A stretch of DNA of 48,606 nucleotides from Chiloscyllium plagiosum (GCF_004010195.1 NC_057760.1:1-48606); one strand, 5' to 3'; positions 36,480 to 48,606 are shown, numbered from the stretch's first letter. Translations and numbers: made by a program. The notes: generated from the sequence alone by a model not told the origin.

Positions 36480-39265
36480 TAGAAACGTAGAAAATTGGAG
36501 CAAGTGTAGGTCACGCACGCCTTTAAATCTGCTTCAGCATTCACTATGATCATGGCTGATCATCCAACTCAGTAGCCTGTTGCTGCTTGTCTCCCATATC
36601 CTTCAATCCCTTAATCCCACCTGCTGAATCCAAGTCCTTCCTGAAATAATGCAATGATTTGGTCTCAGCTGCGTTCGGATGTAGCGAATGCTGTCCAGGT
36701 GAAGACATTTCTCCCCATCTCAGTCCTACCTTGTATCCTTCAACTTTGACCCTCTGGTTATAGACTCCTTCCCCCCCCATTCCAGCACTGGGAATATCTC
36801 TCCCTGCACCTATCCTGTCTTCAGAGGATTGGAGGGTCCAACGCTGAGGGAGTACCAGATGGGGTCTCATCAAAGCTGTGTACGCGAGATTCATAATCAC
36901 AAGAGTTTTACCAGGATGTTGCCGGGAGGGAACGGTGAGTTTGACTTATAAGAGGAGGCGGGGATCTTTTTCACTGGAGCGTAGGAGGTTTATAAAATAA
37001 TGAGTGATTTAGAGAAGCTGAATAGCGGGTGTCTTTTCCTCTAGGGCGGGGGATTCCAAGACTTGGGCGCCGTGTTTTTAAGGTGAGAGGAAAATGATTT
37101 AAAAAAGACATGAGGGGCAACTTTTTTTTTTAACACAGGGAGTGGTTCATGTGTGGAATGAGCTTGCAGAGAAAGTGTTGGATGTGAGTGCATGTTTAAA
37201 AGACATTTGGATAAATACATGAATAGGAAAGGTTTGGAGGGATATGGGCCAAGAGCAGGCTGGTGGGACTAGTTTAGTTTGGGGATTATGGTCGGCATGG
37301 ACTGGTTGGGCCAAAGGGTCTGTTTCCGTGCTGGATAACTCTGTGATTCTAATTGTAGCAAGAGTCTGATATGAGAAAGTGTTCCTTTCTCTAGCATGCT
37401 CATTCAGCAAGTATGTAGCCATTGGAGTGAGGCATTCAAGAAGATTGTGCATGTGTCTGTAATGTTACCTGTCAGCATCTTACCCCGTCCCAAAATACTG
37501 TTGAAATTCTAATCTGTGCTTCTGTTATCTCCCATCTCAGCTATTCCATGTTCATCTGGTCTGGCCTCCTACCCTTCATCATCAACTCCACCTTGAAGGT
37601 GGAGTCACAGGTAGACAGGAAGGCATTTGGTCTGCTTTCCTTTATTGGTTGAGTATAGGAATTGGGAGGGTCTGTTGCGGATGTACAGGACGTTGGTTAG
37701 GCCACTTTTGTGAATACTGCGTTCAATTCTGGTCTCCCGTTGGAGGAAAGATGGTGTTAAACTTGAAAAGCTGCAGAAAAGATGTTGCCAGGGTTGGAGG
37801 GTTTGATCTACAGGGGGAACCTGAATAGGCTGAGGCTATTTTCCCTGGAGTGTCGGAGGCTGAGGGGTGACCTTATAGAGGTTTATCTAATCATGAGGGG
37901 CATGGATAGGATGAGTAGCCAAGGTCTTTTTCCCAGGGTAGGGGAGTTCAAAACTAGAGGGCATAGGTTTAAGGTGAGAGGGGAAAGATACAAAAGTGAC
38001 CAAGGGGGCAACTTTTTCACACAGAAGTTGGTGCATGTATGGAATGATCTGCCAGAGGAAGTGGTGAAGGCTGGCAAAATTATAACATTAAAAGATATCT
38101 GGATGGGGACATGAATAGGAAGGGTTTAGTGGGATATGAACCAAATGCTGGCAAATGAGATGAGATTTAGGATATTTGGTTGGCATAGAGTTGGACTGAA
38201 GGGTCTGTTTCCATGTTGTACAACTGTGTGTAAACTCATCGAAAACAATCTTCCCCACATCCCAAATCCTATTCATCCATTGTCTCCCCATATTCACTGA
38301 TCTACACTGACTCTTGGTCTGGCTTTGTCTCAATTTTAACTTTCTCATCTCTTTTCACATTGATATTAGGGTGTCTCACTGGGGCAGCACGGTGGACAAC
38401 ACGCCCTATTGTCCCCAGAGTTGTAACAAAACTTTAAAGGTTATATTAGTACTGCACCCGCTTTTAAACATTTCCCTACAGGCACAGACAGGGATTTAAA
38501 AAGACATAGGGTATGATGGACATAGGGAAAGACTGGGAGAGCAATTTACTGATTCCTTTTAGCAGGATTATGTATCTATACGTGAATATGTGATATATAT
38601 TGAACTCAAATTTCACCATGTGTCATTTTGGGTTTCGAATCTGTGTCCCCAGAACATTAGATTATGAAGCCCACGATATTACCACTTCATCATCTTCTTC
38701 CCTTGAAGATGTATCTCTTGCAGTAAGCTTGTCCTAACATCTTTATTTTGTGTAACTTTGTGTCAAAAGGTTAAGTCATAGAGTCACAGAGATGTACAGC
38801 ACGGAAACAGACCCTTTGGTCCAACTCATCCATGTTGACCAGATATCCCAACCCAATCTAGTCCCACCTGCCAGCATCCGGCCCATATCCGTCCAAACCC
38901 TTCCAAATCCAGATGTCTTTTAAATATCGCCATTGTACTAGCCTCCACCACTTCCTCTGGCAGCTCATTCCATACACATACCACCTTCTGTATGAAAAAG
39001 CTGCCCCCAAGTCTCTTTTATAGCTTTCCCCTCTCACCCTAAACCTATGCCTCTAGTTCTGGACTCCCCCACCCGAGGGAAGAGACTTTGTCTATTTATC
39101 CTATCCATGCACCTCATGATTTTATAAACCCCTATAAGGTCACCCCTCAGCCTCCCACACTCCAGGGAAAACGGCCCCAGCCTATTCAACCTCTCCCTAT
39201 AGCTCAAATCCTGTAACCCTGGCAACATCCTTGTAAAACCTTTCTGAACCCTTACAAGTTTCACT
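36480..39265. mobile_element. CR1 fragment cluster (- 36480-36880; + 36900-37350; + 37590-38230; - 38775-39265) with an L2-like relic near 38260-38360
   Basis: MLPGLEGL...RRLRGDLIEVY motifs on both strands. Confidence 0.8.
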
Positions 39266-39319
39266 CCTGTGAAGCACCTTGTAGTGTTTTCCAACATTGG
39301 GGCGCTATAGAAATGGATT

Positions 39320-39590
39320 AAAACAACAAACAACAGATGTTGGAAATCTGAAACAAGAATAGAGAGTGCTGGAGAAACTCAGCAGGCCTGGCAGCATCAG
39401 TGGAGAGAGAAACAGTTATCATTTCGAGTCTAGTGACCCATTTGTCAGAGTCTATCAAGGGGTGTTGAGGGGGTAGGGTGCAACCAATAATGAGGTCTGA
39501 AGAAGGGTCACTCAACCTGAAATGTTAACTCTGATTTTTCTCCACAGATGCTGCCAGACCTGCTGAGCTTTCCCAGCAATTTCAGCTGTT
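39320..39590. mobile_element. Inverted pair of Penelope-like terminal repeats
   Basis: tgctggagaaactcagcaggcctggcagcatc versus gatgctgccagacctgctgagctttcccagca. Confidence 0.6.
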
Positions 39591-39599
39591 GAACCTATA

Positions 39600-41985
39600 C
39601 TTGGTTCCTGGTCTGGATCAGCAATGGCGGATGGGATCTCTGTTCCTGGATTGGCAGTGGCTGATGGGATCTCTGTTCCTGGATCAGCTGTGGCTGATGG
39701 GATCTCTGTTCCTGGATCAGCAGTGGTTGATGGGATCTCTGTTCCTGGATCAGCTGTGGCTGTTGGGATCTCTGTTCCTGGTCCTGGATCAGCAGTGGCT
39801 GATGGGAACTCTGTTCCTGGATCAGCAGTGACTGATGGGATCTCTGTTCCTGGATCAGCAGTGGCTGATGGGATCTCTGTTCCTGGATCAGCAGTGGCTG
39901 ATGGGATCTCTGTTCCTGGTCCTAGATCAGCTGTGGCTGATGGGATCTCTGTTCCTGGACCTGGATCAGCAGTGGCTGATGGGAACTCTGTTCCTGGTCC
40001 TGGATCAGCAGTGGCTGATGGGAACTCTGTTCCTGGTCCTGGATCAGCAGTGGCTGTTGGGATCTCTGTTCCTGGTCCTGGATCAGCAGTGGCTGATGGG
40101 ATCTCTGTTCCTGGTCCTGGATCAGCTGTGGCTGATGGGAACTGTGCTCCTGGATCGGCAGTGGATGATGAGATCTCTGTTCCTGGTCCTGGATCAGCTG
40201 TGGCTGATGGGATCTCTGTTCCTGGTCCTGGATCAGCTGTGGCTGATGGGATCTCTGTTCCTGATTCTGGATCAGCAGTGGCTGATGGGAACTCTGTTCC
40301 TGGTCCTGGATCAGCAGTGGCTGATGGGAACTCTGTTCCTGGTCCTGGATCAGCAGTGGCTGTTGGGATCTCTGTTCCTGGTCCTGGATCAGCAGTGGCT
40401 GATGGGATCTCTGTCCCTGGTCCTGGATCAGCAGTGGTTGATGGGATCTCTGTTCCTGGTCCTGGATCAGCTGTGGCTGATGGGATCTCTGTTCCTGGTC
40501 CTGGATCAGCTGTGCCTGATGGGATCTCTGTTCTTGGTCCTGGATCAGCAGTAGCTGATGGGATCTCTTTTCCTGGTTCTGGAGATGGGAATCTCTGTTC
40601 CCGGATCAGCAGTGGCTGATGGGATCTCTGGTCCTGGTCCTGGATCAGCTGTGGCTGATGGGATCTCTGTTCCTGGATCAGTTGTGGCTGATGGGATCTC
40701 TGTTCCTGGTTCTGGATCAGCTGTGGCTGATGGGAACTCTGTTCCTGGATCAGCAGTGGCTGATGGGATCTCAGTTCCTGGATCAGCAGTGGCTGATGGG
40801 AACTGTGTTCCTGGTCCTGGATCAGCTGTGGCTGATGGGATCTCTGTTCCTGGTCCTGGATCAGCTGTGGCTGATGGGATCTCTGTTCCTGGTCCTGGAT
40901 CAGCAGTGGCTGATGGGAACTGTGTTCCTGGTCCTGGATCAGCAGTGGCTGATGGGAACTCTGTTCCTGGTCCTGGATCAGCTGTGGCTGTTGGGATCTC
41001 TGTTCCTGGTCCTGGATCAGCAGTGGCTGATGGGATCTCTGTTCCTGGTCCTGAGTCAGCAGTGGCTGATGGGATCTCTGTCCCTGGTCCTGGATCAGCA
41101 GTGGCTGATGGGATCTCTGTTCCTGGTCCTGGATCAGCTGTGGCTGATGGGATCGCTGTTCCTGGATCAGCAGTGGCTGATGGGATCTCTGTTCCTGGAT
41201 CGGCAGTGGCTGATGGGATCTCTGTTTCTGGATCGGCAGTGGCTGATGGGATCCCTTTTCCTGGTCCTGGATCAGCAGTGTCTGATGGGATCTCTGTTCC
41301 TGGATCGGCAGTGGCTGATGGGATCTCTGTTTCTGGATCGGCAGTGGCTGATGGGATCCCTTTTCCTGGTCCAGGATCAGCTGTGGCTGATGGGAACTCT
41401 GTTCCTGGAGCAGCAGTGGCTGATGGGATCTCTGTTCCTGGATCAGCTGTGGCTGATGGGATCTCTGTTCCTGGATCAGCAGTGGCTGATGGGATCTCTT
41501 TTCCTGGATCAGCAGTGGCTGATGGGATGTCTGTTCCTGGATCAGCAGTGGCTGATAGGATCTCTGTCCCTGGTCCTGGATCAGCAGTGGTTGATGGGAT
41601 CTCTGGTCCTGGTCCTGGATCAGCAGTGGCTGATGGGATCTCTGTTCCTGGATCAGCAGTGGCTGATGGGATCTCTGTTCTTGGATCGGCAGTGGCTGAT
41701 GGGATCTCTTTTCCTGGATCAGCAGTGGCTGATGGGATCTCTGTTCTTGGATCAGCAGTGGCTGATGGGATCTCTGTTCCTGGTCCTGGATCAGCAGTAG
41801 CTGTTGGGATCTCTTTTCCTGGATAGGCAGTTGCTGATGGGATCTCTGTTCCTGGCTAGGCAGTGGCTAATGGGATCTCTGTTCTTGGATCGGCAGTGGT
41901 TGATGGGATCTCTTTTCCTGGATCAGCAGTGGCTGATGGGATCTCTTTTCCTGGATCAGCAGTGGCTGATGGGATCTCTGGTTCT
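39600..41985. repeat. 33/39-bp minisatellite, array 1 (roughly 65 units)
   Basis: Unit gatgggatctctgttcct(ggtcct)ggatcagcagtggct. Confidence 0.97.
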
Positions 41986-42309
41986 TGATCAACCTCCTCG
42001 GTAGAGGTGTAAACCTCCAGATATGATCCATATGGAGTTTCTGGAGATTTGCCCCTGCATCTCTGAACATGTCTCCTGGCAAGTTGACTTCAGGAGTGCT
42101 CCTTGAATCATGCAAATACATTCTCACGATTAATTGTGTTTCCTCTCCCATTGTCTGTGCACGCACACGGTAAATGGGATCCGCCCTTTTTTTTAACAGA
42201 ATCCTGAATTCCAGTTGGGATTCCTGCGTGTACAGGGTGTAGTCAGTCAGTGGTGGTGGGTGGCGCAAGAGTGGAGGTTGCTGGGAGTATAGGAGCATTT
42301 GAAACTGAT

Positions 42310-42853
42310 GTTGTACGCTATTGTGTGCAGTTCTGGTCACCCTGTTATAGGAAGGATACTATTAAACTGGAGTGGGTTCAGAAAAGATTTACCTGGATAT
42401 TGCTGGGAATGGAGGGTTTGAAACATAAAAATATATTGGATAGGCTGGGATATTTTTCACTGGCGTTTAGAAGGTTGAGGAGTGACTTTTTAGAGGTTTA
42501 TAAAATCATGAGGGGTGTAGATAAGATGAATGACAAGGATCTTTTCCCTAGAGCGGAGGGAGTTCAAAACTAGGGGGCATATTTAAGCAGAGAAGAACAT
42601 TTTAAAAGGACAATGAGGGGCAACATGTTTTACACAGAGTGGTTCATGTGTGCAGTGAAATGCCAGAGGAAATGATGGATGCAGGTACAGGTAACCTTAA
42701 GCGATGTGTGGATTGAAAAGTTTATGAATAGGAAAAGTTTGGAGGGATATGGGCCAAGCGCAGGCAGGTTGGGCTAGTTTAGTTTGGAATAATGGTCAGC
42801 ATTGACTGATTGCACAGAAGGGTCTGTTTCCATGCTGTATGACTCTATGACTG
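42310..42853 (+). mobile_element. CR1 3' fragment
   Basis: [25 protein letters not shown]; (atgactct)n tail. Confidence 0.85.
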
Positions 42854-43628
42854 ATTTGGAGATGCTGGTGTTGGACTGGGGTGTACAAGGTTAAAAATCA
42901 CACACCAGGTTATAGTCCAACAGGTTTAATTGGAAGCACACTTGCTTTCGGAGCACTGCTCCTTCATCAGGTGGTTTGGAGTATAAGATTGTAAGACACA
43001 GAATTTATAGCAAAAGATTACAGTGTGATGCAACTGAAATTATATATTGAAAAAGACCTGGATTGTTTGTTAAGTCTCTCTTCTGTTAGAACTGAAACCA
43101 ACATGGTCATTCTAAAAGATAAGAGACTTAACAAACAATCCAGTTTTTTTCAATATATAATTTCAGTTGCATCACACTATAATCTTTTGCAATAATTCCT
43201 GTGTCTTACTATACTCCACAACCACCTGATGAAGATTAGATTAGATTACTTACAGTGTGGAAACAGGCCCTTCGGCCCAACCAGTCCACACCGACCCGCC
43301 GAAGCGCAACCCACCCATTCCCCTACATTTACCCCTTTACCTAACACTACGGGCAATTTAGCATGGCCAATTCACCTGACCTGCACATCTTTGGACTGTG
43401 GGAGGAAACCGGAGCACCCGGAGGAAACCCATGCAGACACGGGGAGAACGTGCAAACTCCACACAGACAGTCGCCTGAGTCGGGAATTGAACCCGGGTCT
43501 CTGGCGCTGTGAGGCAGCAGTGCTAACCACTGTGCCACCGTGCCGCCCATGAAGGAGTAGCGCTCCAAAAGTTAGTGCTTCCAAATAAACCTATTGGACT
43601 GTAACCTGGTATTGTGTGATTTTTAACT
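42854..43628. mobile_element. Penelope-like foldback element (arms about 200 bp)
   Basis: ttaaaaatcacacaccaggttatagtccaacaggttt... is mirrored by aaacctattggactgtaacctggtattgtgtgatttttaa; centre near 43100. Confidence 0.7.
43235..43548 (-). mobile_element. Young full-length HE1 SINE with TSD ATGAAG
   Basis: Complete head-to-tail copy with an (attag)n tail; atgaag at 43229-43234 and 43549-43554. Confidence 0.95.
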
Positions 43629-43864
43629 CTATGACTGTGTTTTTCATAACAGCCCTGAGAACAATGAACGAGGAGCACAGAGAAGGGGCAGTGAATCTGT
43701 AGCAGTATCAGTGAATCTTTGGCCTTATGAACAGAACCACGAGTACAATGGTTGTGTGCTACCTCTGTGTGGATCTTAGAATTGAGACAATCCGCCCCAT
43801 TGCCCTGGCAGCGGATTAGAAATTTACGTTTCTCTAACAAATTTCACAATCAGAGAAGCTGCCA

Positions 43865-45095
43865 TATCACTCCTCAGCCAATTAGGTACTTTTTAAAAGG
43901 ATGTTCCGCTGTTCTATGGCAGGAAATGTAGCAGCCTGTTTTCTGCACTGTAAGATCCCACAAAATTGGCCCAGATCATTTGTTTTTTTAGGCAGTGGCT
44001 GATGGGATCTCTGTTCCTGGATCAGCAGTGGCTGATGGGATCTCTGTTCCTGGATCAGCAGTGGCTGTTGGGAACTCTGTTCCTGGATCAGCAGTGACTG
44101 ATTGGATCTCTGTTCCTGGATAGGCAGTGGCTGATGGGATCTCTGTTCTTGGATAGGCAGTGGCTGATGGGATCTCTGTTCCTGGATCAGCAGTGGCTGA
44201 TGAGATCTCTGTTCATGGATCAGCAGTGGCTGATGGGATCTCTGTTCCTGGATAGGCAGTGGCTGATGGGATCTCTGTTCCTGGATCAGCAGTGGCTGAT
44301 GGGATCTCTGTTCCCGGATCGGCAGTGGCTGATGGGATCTCTGTTCCCGGATCGGCAGTGGCTGATGGGATCTCTGTTCCTGGATCAGCAGTGGCTGATG
44401 GGATCTCTGTTCTTGGATCGGCAGTGGCTGATGGGATCTGTGTTCCTGGATCAGCAGTGGCTGATGGGATCTCTGTTCCCGGATCGGCAGTGGCTGATGG
44501 GATCTCTGTTCCTGGATAGGCAGTGGCTGATGGGATCTCTGTTCCTGGATCAGCAGTGGCTGATGGGATCTCTGTTCCTGGATTGGCAGTGGCTGATGGG
44601 ATCTCTGTTCCTGGATCAGCAGTGGCTGATGGGATCTCTGTTCCCGGATCGGCAGTGGCTGATGGGATCTCTGTTCCTGGATCGGCAGTGGCTATTGGGA
44701 TCTCTGTTCCTAGATAGGCAGTGGCTGATGGGATGTCTGGTTCTAGATCAACCTCCTCAGTAGAGGTGTAAACCTCCAGATGTGGTCCACAGGGAGTTTG
44801 TGGAGATTTGCTCCTGCATCTCTGAACATGTGTCCTGGCAAGTTGACTTCAGGAGTGTCAAAGGTGCCAGTTGGGGGATAATTATTGGCAGGGCACCGGG
44901 AAGAACACTCTCAGTTACACTTCATTGGAGAACCACAGAACCTTTTATGACCGAGAGACCAGATGCATTGTTGATTATCTCATCTGAAAGCAGCGCCTCT
45001 GACAGTTTAGCACTCCCTCAAGCCTGACCCATCTGATGGTGCTGCACTTCTTTCGATCAGACCGCCGACGGTGCAGTGCTCCCTCAGAGCTGACA
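43865..45095 (-). mobile_element. DeuSINE (SacSINE1-like) relic, split by array 2
   Basis: aggaaatgtagcagcc...ccagatcatttgttttttag resumes after 44860 as gggataattattggcagggcaccggg...catctgaaag...gcactccctca. Confidence 0.65.
43991..44745. repeat. 33-bp minisatellite, array 2 (about 23 units)
   Basis: Same unit as array 1, apparently without the 6-bp extension. Confidence 0.97.
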
Positions 45096-45681
45096 CCCTC
45101 AACCCCTCAACAGCGGCAAAGCGCTTCCTCAGATTCGACCTACTACCTCGTGCCTACTCCATGTAGATACACAAATCCAATGGAAGAAGGATAGTTGGAG
45201 AGTGGGGTGTGTTAGCCAGACAGAAACAGGGGGAGACTATCCACAGACCTGAAAACAAGGTTGATCATTTTAAAGACTGAGGGTTTGCTGGACAGGAGGC
45301 ACAAGACTGGTTTCGGGAGAACAGGAGTTAGTGTGTCTAGAAAAGGACAGCAAGGGACTTCGGTTTGTAGCAATTACAAGGTGGGAATGTTTATTATTTC
45401 ACGGGACATGGGTGTCACCGGCAGGTCCAGCATTTGAGTGGTTTGCTACGGACATCAGAGGTGAGTTAAGAGACAACCACATTGCTGTGGGTCTGGAGTC
45501 ATGTGTAGGCCAGACTGGGTAAGGCCAACCAACTACCTTCTCTAAAACAGTGTTAGTGGACCAGATGGTTTTTATGACCATCAGAGAAGTTACCATGACA
45601 GCACCCGCCTCCCTTGGGAGGTTCTCCTAGCCAGTCTCGTGAGTCAGCTGATCTGGAGGAAGTCACTGAATCATACAGCAC

Positions 45682-46028
45682 AGGGTGGCACGGTGACTCA
45701 GTGGTTAGCACTGCTGCCTCACAGCACCAGAGTCCCAGGTTCGATTCCAGCCTTGGGCGACTGTCTGTGTGGAGTTGGCACATTCTCCACATGTCTGCGT
45801 GGGTTTCTTCCAGGTGCTCCCACTGTCCAAAGATGTGCAATTTAGCACAGCCAATTCACCTGCCCTGCACATCTTTGGATTGTGGGAGGAAACCGGAGCA
45901 CCCGGAGGAAACCCATGCAGACACTGGGAGAATGTGCAAACTCCACACAGACAGTTGCCCGAGGCTGGAATCGAACCCGGGTCCCTGGTGCTGTGAGGCT
46001 GCATTGCTAACTACTGAGCCACCATGCC
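45682..46028. mobile_element. Two HE1 5' halves fused in inverted orientation
   Basis: A + copy runs to about 45840, then a - copy ending ctgagccaccatgcc. Confidence 0.88.
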
Positions 46029-46144
46029 AGGTTATATTTACAACAGGTTTGGAGTGCTGCTCCTTTGTCAGGAGAAGTGAGAGAGAAACGCACGGGTACT
46101 GAACGTTTAGATTGAGAGATAATGGCAGCCTTTCTGCAAGTTGT

Positions 46145-46705
46145 AGAGTCATAGAGTCCTACAGCACAGAAACAGAGCCCAAGTCCATGCCAACCAGTTA
46201 TCCTAAATTAATCTAGTCCCATTTGCCAGCACATGGCCCATATCTTTCCAAACCCTTCCTATTTATGTACCCATTCAGATGCCTTTTAAATGTTGTCATT
46301 GTACCAGCCTCCACCACTTCCTCTGGCAACTCATTCCATACATTCACCACCCTCTGCGTGAAAGAACTGCCCCTTTCAGTCCCTTTTAAAACTTTCCCCT
46401 CTCACCTTAAACCTTTGCCCTCTGGTTTTGGATTGCACTACCCTGGGGGAAAGACTTTGTCTATTTACCCTATCCATGCCCCTCATGATTTTATAAACCT
46501 CTATAAGGTCACCCCTCAGCCTCAGACGCTCCAGGGAAAACAGCCCCAGCCTATTCAGCCTCTCCCTGTAGCTCAAACCCTCCGACCCTGGCAACATCCT
46601 TTTCTGCACCCTTTCAAGTTTCATAACATCTTTCCTATAGCAGGGAGACCAGAATTGAATGCTGCATTCCAAAAGTGGCCTCATCAATGTCCTGTACAGC
46701 CACGT
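46145..46705 (-). mobile_element. CR1/HER1 3' fragment
   Basis: LYRTLMRPLLECSIQFWSPCYRKDVMKLERVQKR. Confidence 0.9.
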
Positions 46706-47230
46706 AACATTTGTTCTGTTCAAAGACTTTTCCACTTGTGACCCCAGATCTTCCAGTCTCGGTACGTCTTTTAATTGCAGACCCTCCAGCCACTGCACTG
46801 AGTTTATTTTAATTTGTGATTACAAACTCCCCCAGCAAAATTCCCTTTTCACCTTCTCTGCTCTGATATGGGCAAATTGTACCAGTGGATTCTGCACCAC
46901 GTCATCCAGTTGCTTACAAGAAAAAAACATCAGGCTTGGCTACTGTAAGATATTAGTCATTGGATTTTTTTTTAGTTTCCTGTAGCTGGGAGGTATCAGG
47001 AAATTCCACAGTTAGTTCTTTTTTTTCCCTTAGACTTGTTGACCACTGTTAAGGAAATCACCGTTGAGTTTTTTTTGGTAAAAACAGATCTCTGCAAAAT
47101 GTAAATAAGCAAGAATATTCGTATCAATTTCATCTGCTTTCCTTTTGGCTATCAGTTTTCTTTGTTCAATCACTCCTCCTTTGCCAACCTGTTAGCCTCT
47201 ATCTTTAATAGTTCTATATTATTCATTTTT

Positions 47231-47690
47231 GATTAGATTAGATTCCCTACACTATGGAAATAGGCCCAACAAGTCCATAATGACCCTCCGAAGAGTAACC
47301 CACCCAGACCCATTCCCCTACCCTATATTTACCCCTGACTAATGCACCTAGCCTACACATCCCTGGACACAATGGGACAATTTAGCATGGCCAAGCCACC
47401 CTAACCTACACATCCCTACACACTACAGGATAATTTAGCATGGCCAATCCACCCTAACCTGCACATCCCTAGGCACTACGGGACAATTTAGCACAGCCAA
47501 TCCACCCTAACCTACATATTTAGCACGGCCAATTCATCTGGCCTGCACATCTTTGGACTGTGGGAGGAAACCAAAGCACCTGGAGGAAACCCAAGCTGAC
47601 ATAGTGGGGGGGGGGGGCCGAGGTAGAAATTGAACTCGGGTCCCTGGCACCATGAGGCAGCAGTGCTAACCACTGAGCCACTGTGCCGCC
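47231..47690 (-). mobile_element. HE1 SINE with about 3 internal 53-bp repeats
   Basis: Antisense head gtgctaaccactgagccactgtgccgccc and (gatta)n tail. Confidence 0.88.
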
Positions 47691-47919
47691 CCAATTCCAG
47701 CAGCCGACAACTGAAAAGCAGCAATATTTTGCACGAACCTTGCTTAGCCCGCAATAGTGCGCAATTCTGTCTTCTTTGATCACATCTCCAAGTGTACCAA
47801 GGGCCAAAAAAACAGATGAGAATGATACCAGAACCGAAGGGTTTTTGTCAGGAAAGGTTGACTCGGCTCTCTCCTCTTGTTAAGTGGAGAGTAAGAAGCG
47901 AACCTGATTGAGGTGTTTT

Positions 47920-48606
47920 GAAATTGAAAGGTGTTTTGGATTAAAAGTTGGTTGGCTGACAGGAAACAAAGAGTAGTGATAAACGGCTCCATTTTGGAAT
48001 GGCAGGCAGTGACCAGTGGGGTACTGCAGGGATCAGTGCTGGGACCGCAGCTTTTTAACAATATATATTAATGATAAAGAAGATGGTATTCGTAATAACA
48101 TTAGCAAATTTGCTGATGATACTAAGCTGGGTGGCAGGGTGAAATGTGAGGAGGATGTTAGATTACAGGGTGACCTGGACAGTTTAGGTGAGTGGTCAGA
48201 TGCATGGCAGATGCAGTTTAATGTGGATAAATGTATGGTTATCCACTTTGGTGGCAAGAACAGGAAGGCAGATTACTACCTAAATGGAATCAATTTAGGT
48301 AAAGGGGCAGTACAAAGAGATCTGGGTGTTCTTGTACACCAGTCAATGAAAGTTAGCATGCAGGTATAGCAGGTAGTGAAGAAAGCTAATAGCATGCTGG
48401 CCTTCATAACAAGAGGGATTGAGTATAGAAGCAAAGACGTTTTTCTGCAGCTGTTCAGTGTCCTGGTGAGACCGCACCTGGAGTATTGTGTGCAGTTCTG
48501 GTCTCCAAATTTGAGGACAGACATTCTGGCTATTGAGGGAGTGCAGCGTAGGTTCACGGTGTCAATTCCTGGAATGGCGGGACTACCTTACACTGAAAGA
48601 CTGGAG
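47920..48606 (+). mobile_element. CR1 LINE RT fragment (disrupted; runs off the window)
   Basis: FLTIYIND...ISKFADDTKLGG...LQGDLD...WQMQFNVDKC. Confidence 0.93.

Noticed and set aside
43490..43548. tRNA genes at SINE heads
   Set aside because: The tRNA-like A/B boxes continue directly into the HE1 body, so these are SINE heads rather than tRNA genes.
43653..43780. Possible exon after ttttcataacag (SPENNERGAQRRGSES...)
   Set aside because: It has no good donor before the stop codon and no recognisable BNIP2-family motif.
22248..44745. CRISPR-like arrays
   Set aside because: The repeats are contiguous with no unique spacers, there are no cas genes, and the DNA is vertebrate.
39600..44850. 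33/39-bp arrays as a coding exon (ADGISVPGSAV or MGSLFLDQQWL on +; mucin-like TEIPSATADPG on -)
   Set aside because: Each of these frames is broken. There is a frameshift at about 40585, + stops (for example 41824), and minus-strand stops at 41856-41858 and 44213-44215. Differences between the two tails are mostly non-synonymous.

Overview
This is eukaryotic genomic DNA from a shark. The HE1 SINE, CR1/HER1 LINE and Penelope repeat content points to an elasmobranch, probably a carpet shark (inference). The only securely identifiable gene content is the last two coding exons of PRUNE1 on the + strand (820-978 and 3577-3987). A candidate first coding exon of a downstream gene lies at 27799-27857, possibly BNIPL by synteny only. 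Most of the rest is interspersed repeats: CR1/HER1 LINE fragments, about 18 HE1 SINEs, a second tRNA-derived SINE family, DeuSINE relics, Penelope-like fragments, a Tigger-like MITE, and Rex1 and L2 relics. There are also three minisatellite systems: a 53-bp array inside an HE1, a 60-bp array, and a 33/39-bp array present twice with a shared ~120-bp tail. Almost all ORF-track entries are repeat-derived or spurious. I found no well-supported novel protein-coding system. The best leads are the duplicated hairpin-repeat-plus-tail module, an AG|GTGAGT recursive-type splice site at the start of the last PRUNE1 exon, two locally templated inverted duplications, and short Penelope-like insertions with target-site duplications (TSDs). 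Repeat family names come from recalled consensus sequences rather than a database search, and repeat boundaries are approximate.
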